Shown here: piece after piece, positions 39,615 to 53,299 of the stretch
Layout of the letters: every line of letters begins with the position of its first letter
Numbering within the stretch: the first letter of the stretch is position 1
Assembly: GCA_050084985.1 (NCBI GenBank)
Contig: JBITNC010000001.1
Span: forward strand, 98,332,001-98,396,000
Direction: 5' to 3'
Source of the DNA: Nageia nagi
Taxonomy: Eukaryota > Plantae > Pinophyta
DNA length: 64,000 nt
Notes under the pieces: generated by a model
The model's database searches: none
What the model was told of the DNA's origin: nothing
What the model saw: only the letters and a program-made list of their open reading frames with translations
Made by a program: the position numbers and the translations under genes

Positions 39615-39860
39615 TTTAAAATGAGATCCTATTTTATAAAATGGAATCCCATTTTGTATGAGATTCCATTTTGTTTTGGGTTCTTGATACAAAATAAAAA
39701 TGGGATCTCGATATATGGTTCAGAAAATCAAACAAAATGGGATCTCATTTTATTCAAGTTCCTGAACCATATATTAGGATCCCATTTTTATTTTGGATCA
39801 GGAACCCAAAATAAAACAGGATCTTAATTTTTACAACATGAGATCCCATTCTATAAAAAA
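39615..39860. repeat. Long spacerless palindrome (second copy ~49690-49920)
   Basis: Centre AAAATGGGATCTCATTTT (~39735-39751); arms TTTTGGGTTCTTGATACAAAATAAAAATGGGATCTCGATATATGGTTCAG and CTGAACCATATATTAGGATCCCATTTTTATTTTGGATCAGGAACCCAAAA. Confidence 0.88.
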
Positions 39861-40467
39861 TAATTTAATTTTCCAATGTGTACTTTTAGTGGAACCAACA
39901 TCTTGTATGCACCCAATCATTTTGTATATACAACATGGTATGTACTTAGTTATAATTACATATCTTTTTTATGTTTTGATAGCATCTACCAACTTACCAT
40001 TTTTGAACTTGTTTATGTGTATTTTGGTAGTGAAGTTCAAAGCACCCTTGAGATATCTTACATGATAAACAAGGTCAATTTAATGCAAGTATAATTATTA
40101 ATCCTACAATTATAGGATATGCACAAAATTAAATATTATAGAGACTTCTAGGTAGATGCATTTGTCAACTATAAAATTGACTACATGATGAAACACTATA
40201 ATTTAATAAAGTGTTAAAAACAAGTCCAAAAGTAGTAAGTTGACAAAAATATATTTTTAATACTTAATAACTATTCAACCTAGAAATATAATAACTATGT
40301 TATCTTACCTCCACTATAAAGGTTGGATGTCTTTCCACCAAGATAACATATTCAAAACATCATGAATTAGATAAGTAAGATCTAGCTACATTTACAAGCT
40401 CTGAGTAGATATATCACCATTATACTTCAATATTGTTCCTAATATTACCATACAATGAAATTGGATG

Positions 40468-40522
<55 letters not shown>

Positions 40523-40782
40523 GGCATAATGGGCGATAATGTTAGAGGCATTTTTTAATTTATAATTTCAATATGTATAACGGTACACACCTCTTCTAAA
40601 TAAATGTGTATTTTTTAAAAAATATCTAAAAAAATGGGTCAATGTACCCTCATAGAAAAATAAAAATAAATAAAATTAGGGTATTCATGTCAAAAGTAGG
40701 ACCAACCTTAATAGCCAAATCAAAAATATAAAATCTTGTATTTTAGAAAATTAGCTATGGGTTAGCCATTAATATTTTCCTT

Positions 40783-40820
<38 letters not shown>

Positions 40821-41278
40821 TCCATGGCCAACACTTTAATTGGGCTCACTATGATTGAGCTCAGGTGTCTCGGGGAAACTGAGGAAAATGTATTTTGAAT
40901 AATTTTCCTATTGGAAGAATGCTTCAAGACTACACCCTTTTTCTTTATTAATTTAAGAAGAGATGGTTTTAAATTGACTCAATTTAACCCCTCTACATTG
41001 TGTTGGTTTTAACCATCTTGTAAAAAAACAATCCTAAAGTTAAATGTGGTGGTTATTCATTGTTGCATTATCTTTTTTGGTGGTGGATTTTGGGGCAACT
41101 TCTAACTACTACATTATATTTTTCATGTAATGATTTAATAATCTATATGGTGGTAGTTATTAGTTGTTGCTATAAAGGATCCACTTTTGGTGGCATCTGT
41201 ATAGATAGTGATGGATAATAATTATTAAAGCACTTTTGGGGGTTTAAAATATCAAAAAATACCCTTTTTGGTCTAGTA

Positions 41279-41412
41279 TGCATTTATAGAGCGATGGAAT
41301 TATTTGACAAAATGTCCCATCATAATGAAATCTCATGGGATGCAAGGTTAGCAGGAAATGCATAAAATAAATGTATTGAAAAAATCTTATAAATTATCTA
41401 AGGGAATGCCAA
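41279..41412 (+). pseudogene. PPR fragment abutting the CACTA right end (copies at ~51322-51455 and ~59808-59940)
   Basis: CIYRAMELFDKMSHHNEISWDARLAGNA*NKCIEK, matching ELFDKM...N.ISW.AMIAGYAQNG..EK. Confidence 0.8.
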
Positions 41413-43817
41413 ACAAAATGGAATAATGATTTGTACAATAGTTTCCTATAAGTCTATCTTAGAGATATTGCACTTGGATAGGTAAAAAATAAATCTGATG
41501 CAATAAGTGAGTGAATGAATGAGCTTCCCTTTAGAAGGGTAACATAGATAATGAAGGTTTCTAGGATTTGAAGACATTTTGCAAGGTGTAGAGTGTAGTG
41601 TGTTTATGCTTTTGTAGTAAACATGTGAAATGCCTACTTCAACTATCCATCTTGATAGCATTGTATGGAAGTATTATTTGCATTAACGTAGGGATTTCTA
41701 TTTGGGTGAGAAGTGATGTGATTGAATGATTATGCAAATTTAAGAAACAGAGGGCCTTTACCATCAAATATAAAGACACATACCTATGGAATTATAATCC
41801 TAATATTTATTAAATAAAAATTCAACAATAAAATACCATCGCTATATGCACAACTCATGACCTTACAATCATCTATTTCTACTTGTTAATATAGTTTAAA
41901 TTATAGAGGATGAATGCATCACAAAGAGGATTCTGCAAGGATTTGAGATCCCATAATATTGATTCCATTCCAAAAAAAATACCATTAAATATTTTAAGTA
42001 ACAAACCAAATATCAAAATATAGAAAACAAGATTAGGAAATAAAATTCAGATAGATTAAATAAATTACCAATTACCACATCAAATTCTAAATATATAATA
42101 GGGCTTCAAAATTGGGAAAGAGAATTAGAAAAGGGCTTACTTGATCCATAATGAGTAATTTCAATCAATAGAATGATTCCCTTGACTATCTTTGTTGCTT
42201 CACATTGATTTCTATTGTAACCTTGCAATATATTCTTTCCTTATTTATTCTTACAAAAACTAGATAAGGGTGTGTCGATATTAGTGCATGCTTATCCCAT
42301 ATCTCTAATCGAATCTAGATTATATTTTATGTTTAATGAATAAAAAATAGGGGGTGACCTTGAATCCTTTTCAGGTTGGATTTCCAAACATCCTTTCCTA
42401 AATATTTTCTCTAGAACATTCTTAACATTCTCATGCATAAGTGGTTTCATGGTGAATAATATTTGATGCATTTTAATCACACAATGATAAAAAATATGAG
42501 TTTTGTAATTTTATCATGCTCCTTTTATTTATTTGATAATATGATATTCTCCCCTTACTTTCCACACATTTTCTTTCATATTTTTATCTTAATATATATG
42601 TAAGTGCCTAATCTAGTCATTATGCCTTTCATTAATTTTCTAACACAACCATTGTATGTATGCAGCTCAAATTTATCCATGCAACAAAATGAATCTATAG
42701 GGTTTTAAAAATATCACCAAACCCATTACAATGCTTTTTGGCAACAAACCATCACTTTGATGTAGCCAAAAAGAAATAAAAAAAACATCAAGGGTTTTAT
42801 CAAAACATGAAAACATCACCATGAATTACAATCTACACAGTAACAAGATCAATCAAAATTCATAACTTCAGTTAACATCACCACTAGAATCAATAATACC
42901 TATAGGGTATAATGATTACTTCTCCTACTTCCCATTTATCATTTGTGTATGGCTAGGACAAGCATCCAAACATCTCCAATAATATTTGAACTATTGAATC
43001 ATCTAATTACATACACACAGCTATATGAGGCTTAGGGGAGCCCTATGTTATGATTGAATCAACCTTCCTCATGCCATTTATCATTTCACTTGGCAAATAT
43101 AGGACCCTAACCATTTCCTACAACTTTCAATGACTAATTATCAGAGATGACTTCAGCGATGGGGCATCTACCTATTATAGCTATTTCCTCACCACAAATG
43201 CATTTTTATAATATTTAATATACCTAATTCATGAATAAATCATAAATAAGGGAATAAACCAACCATTCAAACCACATAAAATGTTATTTCCATCATTGAA
43301 TATGCTTATATTGCAGTTAAATCATAAGAGAGGGCATCAAAAACTCATGCAAACAATCCAAAAATATCATCTATCTTCTTCAAGTTCCTACCTTAGTGAA
43401 GATTTTTATGGGGGATGGCACTTGTGTGAAATGTATATGTCTCCTCACCACTTATTTTTAAATTACAATGTATTGATAAAGATATTTATGTCTAAATATA
43501 CTCCTTGTTGTAGTATAAAAAAATATGTTCAACAAATTTACTATAGCAATCTCGTTCAAGTGGATGAGCAGGGATGCCATTCAATTTTCAACTACAACAT
43601 CTAAACTTCAACACTCCAACACCTATAGTACCCTTTTGTAGTATCATTACTCCTCCAACAACTCCATGTAAGTATCTTCTTCATGCATCTTCTTAGTTTG
43701 TGAAGATATCTAGTTTATATATAGAAAGATCTACTAACTTGCTATTATTATTGCTATCATATATCATTTCTTAGAGAGATTCTATTATACCTATGGAAAT
43801 GTGGTATTGAGTGATAT

Positions 43818-43980
43818 GCATGCTTACCCAACCTTATTTTGTGAGTTTCCTATGGTGTGCATGCTTACCCAACATTATTCCATGAATACCCCATGGTGTG
43901 CTTTCTTACCTAACATTATTTTGTGAGTACCATGTGGTATACGTGCTTACCCAACATTATTTCATGAGTTCCCCATGTCA
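43818..43980. repeat. 41-bp tandem repeat x4
   Basis: GCATGCTTACCCAACATTATT....GAGT.CCC.ATGGTGT; units alternate TTGTGAG / (C/T)CATGA. Confidence 0.85.
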
Positions 43981-44226
43981 TCACATATCTCTCTCTTGTA
44001 GATAATTTATTTTTTTATCTTATATCAATGCAATCTAGAAAGAATCCCAACTATGTAAATGATCCCATGAGGTTCATAAATGAGTAAGTTTTGATTCACT
44101 TGTAGAGAGTATAAGAGAAAATATTTGTAAATATCTAATATTTTGTGGCATTATTAGGGATACTTGATATATACCTAACTATTATATTCAATTTAACCTT
44201 ACAACTAGAGTGGTGCATGAACTCAT

Positions 44227-44833
44227 TAATCCCACTAAATATCATAGCATGTATTTAGTGTAGGGTAATGTTGAATACCATAGATTCAGTATACCAACAT
44301 ATTTTGTATGTGAATAACCACTCATATCGTAATTTGTAAAGCATGAGGTATCTAATAGTTTATTTATATAAATAAGAGAATTAAATTTTAGTTTTGATAT
44401 TTATTGACTATATTTTCCTTTCAATTTATTCTATGCATTTATTCATGTATGAAAAATATATTCATTGTGTTTTCCAATAGAAAAACTAGTAAGATTTTGA
44501 GGGTCTTTTCTTTATCTTTGCACATCATTTCATCATAAGTATTTCATATTTGGAATGCCCTTATTTTTTATTTATAATAATATATTACACCCATACTTCT
44601 TATGAGATCTTCCACCCTTTACCTATATTTTTTCACACATAGTCAACTCAATCTATACAATTCCCTAATGAATATCTTCCTTCATTTCACTAAGAGTTGT
44701 TAGAGATTTATCAATTATTTAGAGTTGATTCTTGAAGCATTAGAAAGTAAAAAATTTCCCATTTATAAACATTTATAAAACTTTTTATATCCTATGACAA
44801 ATACAAAAGTTACATAATATTCATTTCACCCTT
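44227..44833 (+). repeat. Duplication C (paired with 58797-59393)
   Basis: Near-identical from TAATCCCACT...TAGTGTAGGGTAATGTTGAATACC to CATTTCACCCTT. Confidence 0.92.
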
Positions 44834-45265
44834 ATATGCATCTTGTCAATGATTGAAATCTTTAGCGATTAAGCTATCTTATCGTTAAACTTCCTTTTCA
44901 ATATGTTTTATGTGTATTTGACCAATTAAAAGCTTATTAATTAAAATTTCTAACCATAAATAACATAAAATTTTCTTGATAAATGTCAAATTTACATCAC
45001 CCTAAAGGTGACTTTCAAAATGTCCAATTTGATTATTAGAAATTATATTGATGACATCAACTTGAGACCCTGATTCACTAGAGTTCTACTCATCCATTTT
45101 GGTTATAGGATACACTATTAGTTCACATATAAGAAATAAATACTATAAAATTCAATAATGATGCCATTAGAATTAAATAAAGCACAATAATTTATTGAAC
45201 CTTAGGATAAATTAGTAAAAAAAAAAAACTTTTGCCTAATTTATCTAGGGTATTTTGTTTTAAAT

Positions 45266-48200
45266 TTTGAAACCTTGTGAATGTGTGATGTGTTCCATCA
45301 TGTTATGGTATGAATACCTTATGTAATGATAAAATTTATTTCATTATTATGTATGTAAAATAAAATAAGAGAACTCTAAACTATTGTAGTTAACACAAGT
45401 ACTATGTTAATCCAAGAGGGGAAGGATGTCACAACCCAACTTCTTGATGTGCATTCCCTTGCTAGATTCAAGACTATGTGGCAAATTTTTTTACATGAAA
45501 TAAGAGGACATTATTATATTTTATTTTACTTATGGTATTTTTATGAAATTAATTTGAAATTTACTCTTATGATAATATGATATTATCTATCCTTCTTCGT
45601 ACAAATATACTATCAAGGTGCATGTGTCTATGTGTGCAGGTTGCAAGTATGAAGGTGTGATGCTCATGTATGGTTATAGAGATGGTTGTTTGAGGTTGTA
45701 TACAAGATCTTAGAATCCAAACTCAGGATACATTGGATAGCCAAAGTTAGGATATCATGTATTTGCATGAGGTGAGGATCAAATGAGTCTCCTAAGATTC
45801 TTACTTTTGGTTATTTATTGTGAAGATGCCACCAAGGACCCCCTGATGGGAACTTTAGTAGGGGTAGGTGATTCATTGCACTTTCATTATGTATAGATAT
45901 TAATCTAATTAATTAAAATATTAATTAAATTAGTAAGATTATGTAACAAAGGATTAATTTAATTATTATGATTAATTAAATTAATAACTTTATAAAAATA
46001 ATACTTAATACTTAAAAATATATAATATAATAAATTAAAATAAAGTAATAAAATGAATATAATTAAGAGATAAGTTTAAGGAAAATATAAACTTGAAACA
46101 TGGTCATGTAGGGTTAAGTGACAACTAAGAATTAGATGTCATGAATATAAAATATTACTATTTTATTAAAAATCCTTGATCCCTTAAAAAGTTATAAATA
46201 TACCCTTAGAGCTCACATTTAGGGGGAATTGCAAGTGATAGGATTTGATTCAAGATGAAGAGTTGAAGTCTTGGTGGCAAATTAGGTTGATTCTCTTCAT
46301 GTTTCCCAACTCCATTTTCTCTATATGCAATGCCATAAATTCTTTTTGAAGAGAAAATGATTTTAGGATTGATTTTGGGGCTATGGAAAATAAATTTTGA
46401 GTGATTGATTTTAACAAATTATATCTAAATTTGATTGATGAAAATAAGGAGGATTTGTGAAAAGAATTATTTGATTTGGTCTATGCTTGATTATTTCGGT
46501 TGCGATAAAAATCCTCACTATAGTTTTCTACTGAGTTTTGATTTACCTAATTTAAAAATATACATGGTTATGAATTATTATTTAGTTTAAATTTAAATTC
46601 TAATTGGTAAGGTTTGATATATGATTTTAGAAAAATCTGACTAGAATCCACAAGATCATGGTGATTTTAGAAATAATTGTAAAATCTTTAACCATAGTGT
46701 GTCCTTAACAAAAAAGATCTAATTGTATGTGGTTTAGTCCAGCTTGGTTGATTAATTTTATTTTTAGAATCCATGATTTTATGATTAAATTTAATTAAAC
46801 TCCAAAATTGATAAAACTCTTGGATGATTAATGTTTGAAGCCATATTGTTGGAAATTTGATCAAACATTAAAATGAAATTTTGGGTTGTAATATGATGTT
46901 TTCAACCTTGAACACATTGTCTCCTAAAGGAAACATTACAAATTTATAGATATTTAAAATTTGTACATTGTAAAAAAGAGGGCTCAAACGGACACCCAAG
47001 TTAAAAGTTATGGCCAAAATACTATGGCATTCTCAAAGGCTAATTTTAGCCATAAGTATACCAATAGTTTAAAGGGTTAAAACTAATACTCTAAGAGGAT
47101 ATTTTGGAAATGAGTTAATATTTAGAAGAAATTATGAAAAGGATAATTACTATAGAATGAATTCTAAAATAATTAAGAAATAGATTAATCATGAAGAAAG
47201 AGATCATGAATTACTAAGAGTTGTAGAGAAATAATTTTGTAGACAATTAAGGATAATTATTATGGAGCCAATGGCATAACCATTTGAGAAAATATAACTT
47301 TATTATTTGAAATTAAGAATTAAAGATATTTATTCCACTTTATTATCTAGTTATGAAGTGATTTTAACACTTTTAAGAATCTAGATTTGATTGATTTATT
47401 TCTCTTATTACTCTATCATAAGATGGAAAAGTGTATTTTCTAAGTGAATTGAGTAACCTAGGAATGGAGTAGCATTGTAGGTATCTTTTGAGATTATTAC
47501 ATGAGTATATGCATAGTAAATAAAACCTGTTATGATCAAAATAACCACCATGAGCTACTATGTCCAAGGAAGGTTGATTTGTGCTTATGAGGGATCCTTG
47601 CATGTTCAATTGATTGAGGATGTAACTTCATACTTAACAAAGGATACTTGTATCAAGATTTTGTATATGTATTAATGTAATAGCAAGATGATTTGTATGA
47701 TATTGTGTTACTATACATTACTAGAAAATGAGAAATTATGATGTATTGTATATATATACAATGTGTAAGTTGGAGCCATGTATGGAATACCCTTATGATA
47801 TATCGATGATATGTTAATAATATTCAAGATCCATTATTGATATGCTAAATGTTTGATGATTTTCCTAGTCATGTATAAGAGCTTAAAATTATATTCATAT
47901 GAATTGATTTACTAGGAAATTGAAGGTTAGATAAAATTAGATGATGATAACCATAATGGCTATTGAATGATATTGTAAAGAATATTATTATATGTTATTG
48001 GATGAATTGCATGTATGATGAAACATATCATTAGTATTATATAATACATGTAAATGGTGATATGTAAATATAGGAGTCATTATTGCATGAGTAGAAGTGA
48101 TAAATGATTATTAAAGGTATGAATAATTATATAGATAAGAAAAACCATCTTTGACGTTTTGATCTATAATACACATACCAAGTTAAGCATAACCAACTAG

Positions 48201-50822
48201 GATGGAACATATAGTCATGAAATAGTATGTGGTTAATCTTGGGAAATGATATTGAACCTTAGATAAACCATAGATAATTCTTGAGAATAATTTTATGAGA
48301 TTAAGGAATTATTGAGCTAGGATAATTCAAGAAAATCTCAAGTAAATCAAGGAATTATTGAGTTAGAATAATTCAAGGAGATCTCAATAGAACAAGGAAT
48401 TATCAAATATGGATAATGTAAGGAGTTATCAACACACATGACTTCACGATGACAATATCGATTATTGAGAAGGATAATTGAGGAATTTTCAAGATTCTTC
48501 ATGAAGGACCCTAAAATACTTAAATTTCTAAACTTGATGATGGCTATGATCAGGGTAGGTTAAGATACCATCAATAAGAAAGAATGCTTCAAGATGGGTT
48601 TACAAAGTGAGAAGGCTATTATCTCTTAAGATGAAAATTATAGGAAAACCATTTAAGATATTTAATGAGAAGGTTAAATATCAAGAGATAAATGATGTTC
48701 TCATCTAATGATGAGATCAAGACTCAAGAATAATGATACTTAAAACTATTATGTTATCTCAATCTCACGGGTCACAAGTACTTTCTAAACTTTCAATATT
48801 GAATGTCCATGTGTATTTGTATATTGGTTCAATTTTATTTTCTCATTTCATGTGTGTTTATTGGGATTGGAGTTAAGTTTAGAATCAATTTTTAAGATGT
48901 AAAAATTGGATTTTGACATGTATAGAAACCATTGTTTAAAATTTATTATTTTAGGATCATGCCAATACTTGTTGGGCCAACATAATTTGATCTAAATTAA
49001 AGTAGTTTTTAAAATCCTTTTGGGGAAAGATAGTTAAGATATTGAATAATGTTAAGAATGTTTTTTCATATTTTTTAATGATTTATTTTTATTATTATTT
49101 TATTAGCCCTAATTACATTTTTTAATATTACTTTTGTTGGGCCAACATAAATTGATCTAAACTTATCCTTTTTTAGAATTATTTTTTTATTTAGTATAAA
49201 ATTATGTTTAGAATGTTGTCATATAATTTTTTTTTATAATTATAAAAAATAAAAAAGTTATTAAAAAAAAGACAACCTACTTTTTCAAGTTTATGGACAA
49301 GTTTAATCGAAAATTAATTGAAAAATAGAAAATATAATCCAATTGTAAAAAAATTACATATTTTAAATCTACACATTTTTTTAATCTATAATGGATTTTA
49401 ATTTTATAAACAATTCTATAAAAAAGATTATCAAATACATGTTAAAATCAAATTTTTTTCCATCGCCATTGATAGGAACTTGCATGTACATGTCCAAGGC
49501 TAAGGATTGGCTCACCATGCCTCTCCCAAGCGAAAATACAAGGCAAACCCAAAGGGAAGTGGATTTTAAACTTAGAACAAGATCTTGATACGAATGGGAT
49601 CCCATTATATACTGGGATCCCATTATTTAAAGTACAATGAATCCATGTGAAAAGGAACAAGATCCCATTTTGCATGAATTTGTAGTCTTTTAAAATGAGA
49701 TCCTATTTTATAAGATGGAATCCCATTTTGTTTCGGGTTATTGATCCAAAATAAAAATGGGATCTTGATATATGGTTCAAAAAATCAAACAAAATGGGAT
49801 CTCATTTTATTCAAGTTCTTGAAGCATATATTAGGATCCCATTTTAATTTTGGACGAGGAACCCAAAACAAAATAGGATCTTAATTTTTACAACACGAGA
49901 TCCTGTTCTATAAAAAATAATTTAATTTTCCAATGCCTACTTTTAGTGGACCCAACTTCTTGTATGCACCCATTCATTTTGTATATACAACATGGTATGT
50001 ACTTAGTTACAATTACATATCTTTTTTATGTTTTGCTAGCATCTACCAACTTAGCACTTTTGAACTTGTTTATGTGTATTTTGGTAGTGAAGTTCAAAGC
50101 ACCCTCAACATATCTTACATGATAAACAAGGTAAATTTAATGCAAGTATAATTATTAATCCTACAATTGTAGGATATGTACAAAATTAAATATTATAGAA
50201 ACTTCTAGGTAGATGCATTTGTCAACTATAAAATTGACTACATGATGAAACACTATAATTTAATAAAGTGTTAAAAACAAGTCCAAAAGTAGTAAGTTGG
50301 CAAAAATATATTTTTAATACTTAATAACTATTCAACCTAGAAATATAATAACTATGCTATCTTACCTCCACTATAAACATTGGATGTCTTTCCACCAAGA
50401 TAACATATTCAAAACATCATGAATTAGATAAGTAAGATCTAGCTACATTTACAAGTTCTGAGTAGATATGTCACCATTATACTTCAATATTGTTCCTAAT
50501 ATTACCACATAATGAAATTTGATGCTTTATATATATATATATATATATATATATGGGCATAATGGGTGATAATGTTGGAGGCATTTTTTTAATTAATAAT
50601 ATTCAATATGTATAACAGTACACACCTCTTCTAAATAAATGTGTATTTTTTAAAAAAATATCTAAAAAAAATGGGTCAATGTACCCTCTTAGAAAAAGAA
50701 AAATAAATAAAATTAGGGTATTCATGTCAAAAGTAGGACCAACCTTAATAGCCAAATCAAAAATTTAAAATCTTGTATTTTAGAAACTTGGTTATGGGTT
50801 AGCCATTAATATTTTCCTTATC

Positions 50823-50855
<33 letters not shown>

Positions 50856-52691
50856 ATATAAGTCCATGGCCAACACTTTAATTGGGCTCACTATGATTAA
50901 GATCGGGTGTCTCGAGAAACTGAGGAAAACGTATTTTGAATAATTTTCCTATTGGAAGAATGCTTCAAGACTACACCCTTTTTTCTTTATTAATTTAAGA
51001 AGAGATGGTTTTAAATTGACTCAATTTAACCCCTCTACATTGTGTTGGTTTTAACCATATTGTAAAAAAATAATCCTAAAGTTAAATGTGGTGGTTATTC
51101 ATTGTTTCATTATCTTTTTTGGTGGTGGATTTTGCAAAAACTTCTAACTACTACATTATATTTTTCATGTAATGATTTAATAATCTATATGGTGGTAGTT
51201 ATTAGTTATTGCTATAAAGGATCCACTTTTGGTGGCATCTATATAAATTGTGATGGGATAACCATTATTAAAGCACTTTGGGGGGTTTAAAATATCGAAA
51301 AATACCCTTTTTGGTCTAGTATGCATTTATAGAATGATGGAATTGTTTTAAAAAATGCCCCATCATAATGAAATCTCATGGGATGCGAGGTTAGAAGGAA
51401 ATGCATAAAACAAATATATTGAAAAAATATTATAAATTATATAAGGGAATGCCAAACAAAATGCAATAAGGATTTGTACAATAGTTTCCTATAAGTCTAT
51501 CTTAGAGATACTATACTTGGATAGGTAAAAAATAAATCTAATGCAATAGGTGAGTGAATGAATGAGCTTCCCTTTAGAAGGGTAATATAGATAATGAAGG
51601 TTTCTAGGAGTTGAAGACATTTTGCAAGGTGTAGAGTGTAGTGTGTTTATTCTTTTGTAGTAAACATGTGAAATGCCTGCTTCAACTATCCATCTTGATA
51701 GCATTGTATGGAAGTATTATTTGTATTGATGTAGGGATTTCTATTTGGATGAGAAGTGATGTGATTGAATGAGTATGCAAATTTAAGAAATAGAGGGCCT
51801 TTACCATTAAAGATAAAGCCACATACCTATGGAATTATAATCCTAATATTTATTAAATAAAAATTCAATAATAAAATACCATCGCCATATGCACAACTCA
51901 TGACCTTACAACCATCTATTTCTACTTGTTAATATAGTTTAAATTATAGAGGATGAATGCATCACAAGGAGGATTCTGTAAGGATTTGAGATCCCATAAT
52001 ATTGATTCCATTCCAAAAAAAATATCATCAAATATTTTAAGTAACAAACCATATATCAAAATATAGAAAACAAGATTAGGAAATAAAATTCAGATAGATT
52101 AAATAAATTACCAATTACCACATCAAATTTTAAATAGATAATAGGGCTTCAAAATTGGGTAAGAGAATTAGAAAAGAGCTTACTTGATCCATAATGAGTA
52201 ATTTCAATCAATAGAATGATTCCCTTGACTATATTTGTTGCTTCACATTGATTTCTATTATAACCTTGCAATATATTCTTTCCCTATTTATTCTTACAAA
52301 AACTAGATAAGGGTATGTCAATATTAGTGCATGCTTATCCCATATCTCTAATCGAATCTAGATTATATTTTATGTTTAATGAATAAAAAATAGGGGGTGA
52401 CCTTGAATCCTTTTTAGGTTGGATTTCCAAACATCCTTTCCTAAATATTTTCTCTAGAACATTCCTAAAATTCTCATGCATAAGTGGTTTCATGGTGAAT
52501 AATATTTGATGCATTTTAATCACACAATGATAAAAAATATATGAGATTTGTAATTTTAATCATGCTCCTTTTATTTATTCAATAATATGATATTCTCCCC
52601 TTACTTTCCACACATTTTATTTTATATTTTTATCTTAATATATATGTAAGTGCCTAATCTAGTCATTATGCCTTTCATTAATTTTCTTAAC
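45266..52691 (+). repeat. Segmental duplication A, copy 2
   Basis: As above; lacks ~70 bp present at ~36097-36167 and has a shorter first (TA)n tract. Confidence 0.97.
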
Positions 52692-53299
52692 TTCCTTATT
52701 AATATATGTAAATGCAATGAAGAGCATTTATGAGACCACATACAAATGTACATAGGTTGTTATAGTTTTAATATTTAAATGATATTATAAATGCCCCATA
52801 ATATCATGTAATACTTGAGAAGTATGCCTAGGATATTTGTAGATTTGATTCTTTGAGGATGGGTGATATGATTTTGATGTAATGATGGCTTATTATTAAA
52901 AATTCAATGATCATATCAAACTAGGATATGCTAGTCAGTTTTAGCCCAAATACAAGTTGACTTATGCAACTATGATCATTTAATGCCATCATACATATAG
53001 ATAGGATGATGGAATTTCATTTACCTCTAAGATGCAATATGAATGATTCAAAGTTTTATGGTAGACAATGTGCAAGGTAGGTTAGATATGTTATACCATC
53101 CATTGGCATGCAAACATTATGCAGTTAAGAGATGCTATAGTCCTCATCATCCAAGGGTCTTAATGGTCCATCAATACCTCTAAAAACATCAAATAAACAT
53201 CAATAATACTAATATTATGCAATATAGTATCAAGTAAAACTAAAATATCATGTCATAATAGGCTAACTACAAAATAATTGATAACTCATTAACACATCA

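Larger units (their letters stand above)
27632..41278 (+). mobile_element. CACTA (En/Spm)-type structure bounded by ~460-bp inverted repeats, with nested insertions
   Basis: TACTAGACCAAAAAG at 27632 and CTTTTTGGTCTAGTA ending at 41278 (CACTA with C>T); inverted similarity extends 27632-28095 vs 40823-41278; flanks TGA/TGC; transposase remnant inside. Confidence 0.7.
35119..42644 (+). repeat. Segmental duplication A, copy 1 (paired with 45266-52691)
   Basis: Collinear and highly similar by eye from TTTGAAACCTTGTGAATG to ...CCTTTCATTAATTTTC; ORF-track twins 37334/47373, 39356/49448, 41446/51489, 42292/52335. Confidence 0.97.

Noticed and set aside
41446-41661. 71-aa ORF retained in duplicate copies (also 51489-51704)
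   Set aside because: Retention is explained by recent duplication; PCKM..NP.NLHYLC resembles a decayed LINE zf-RVT fragment.
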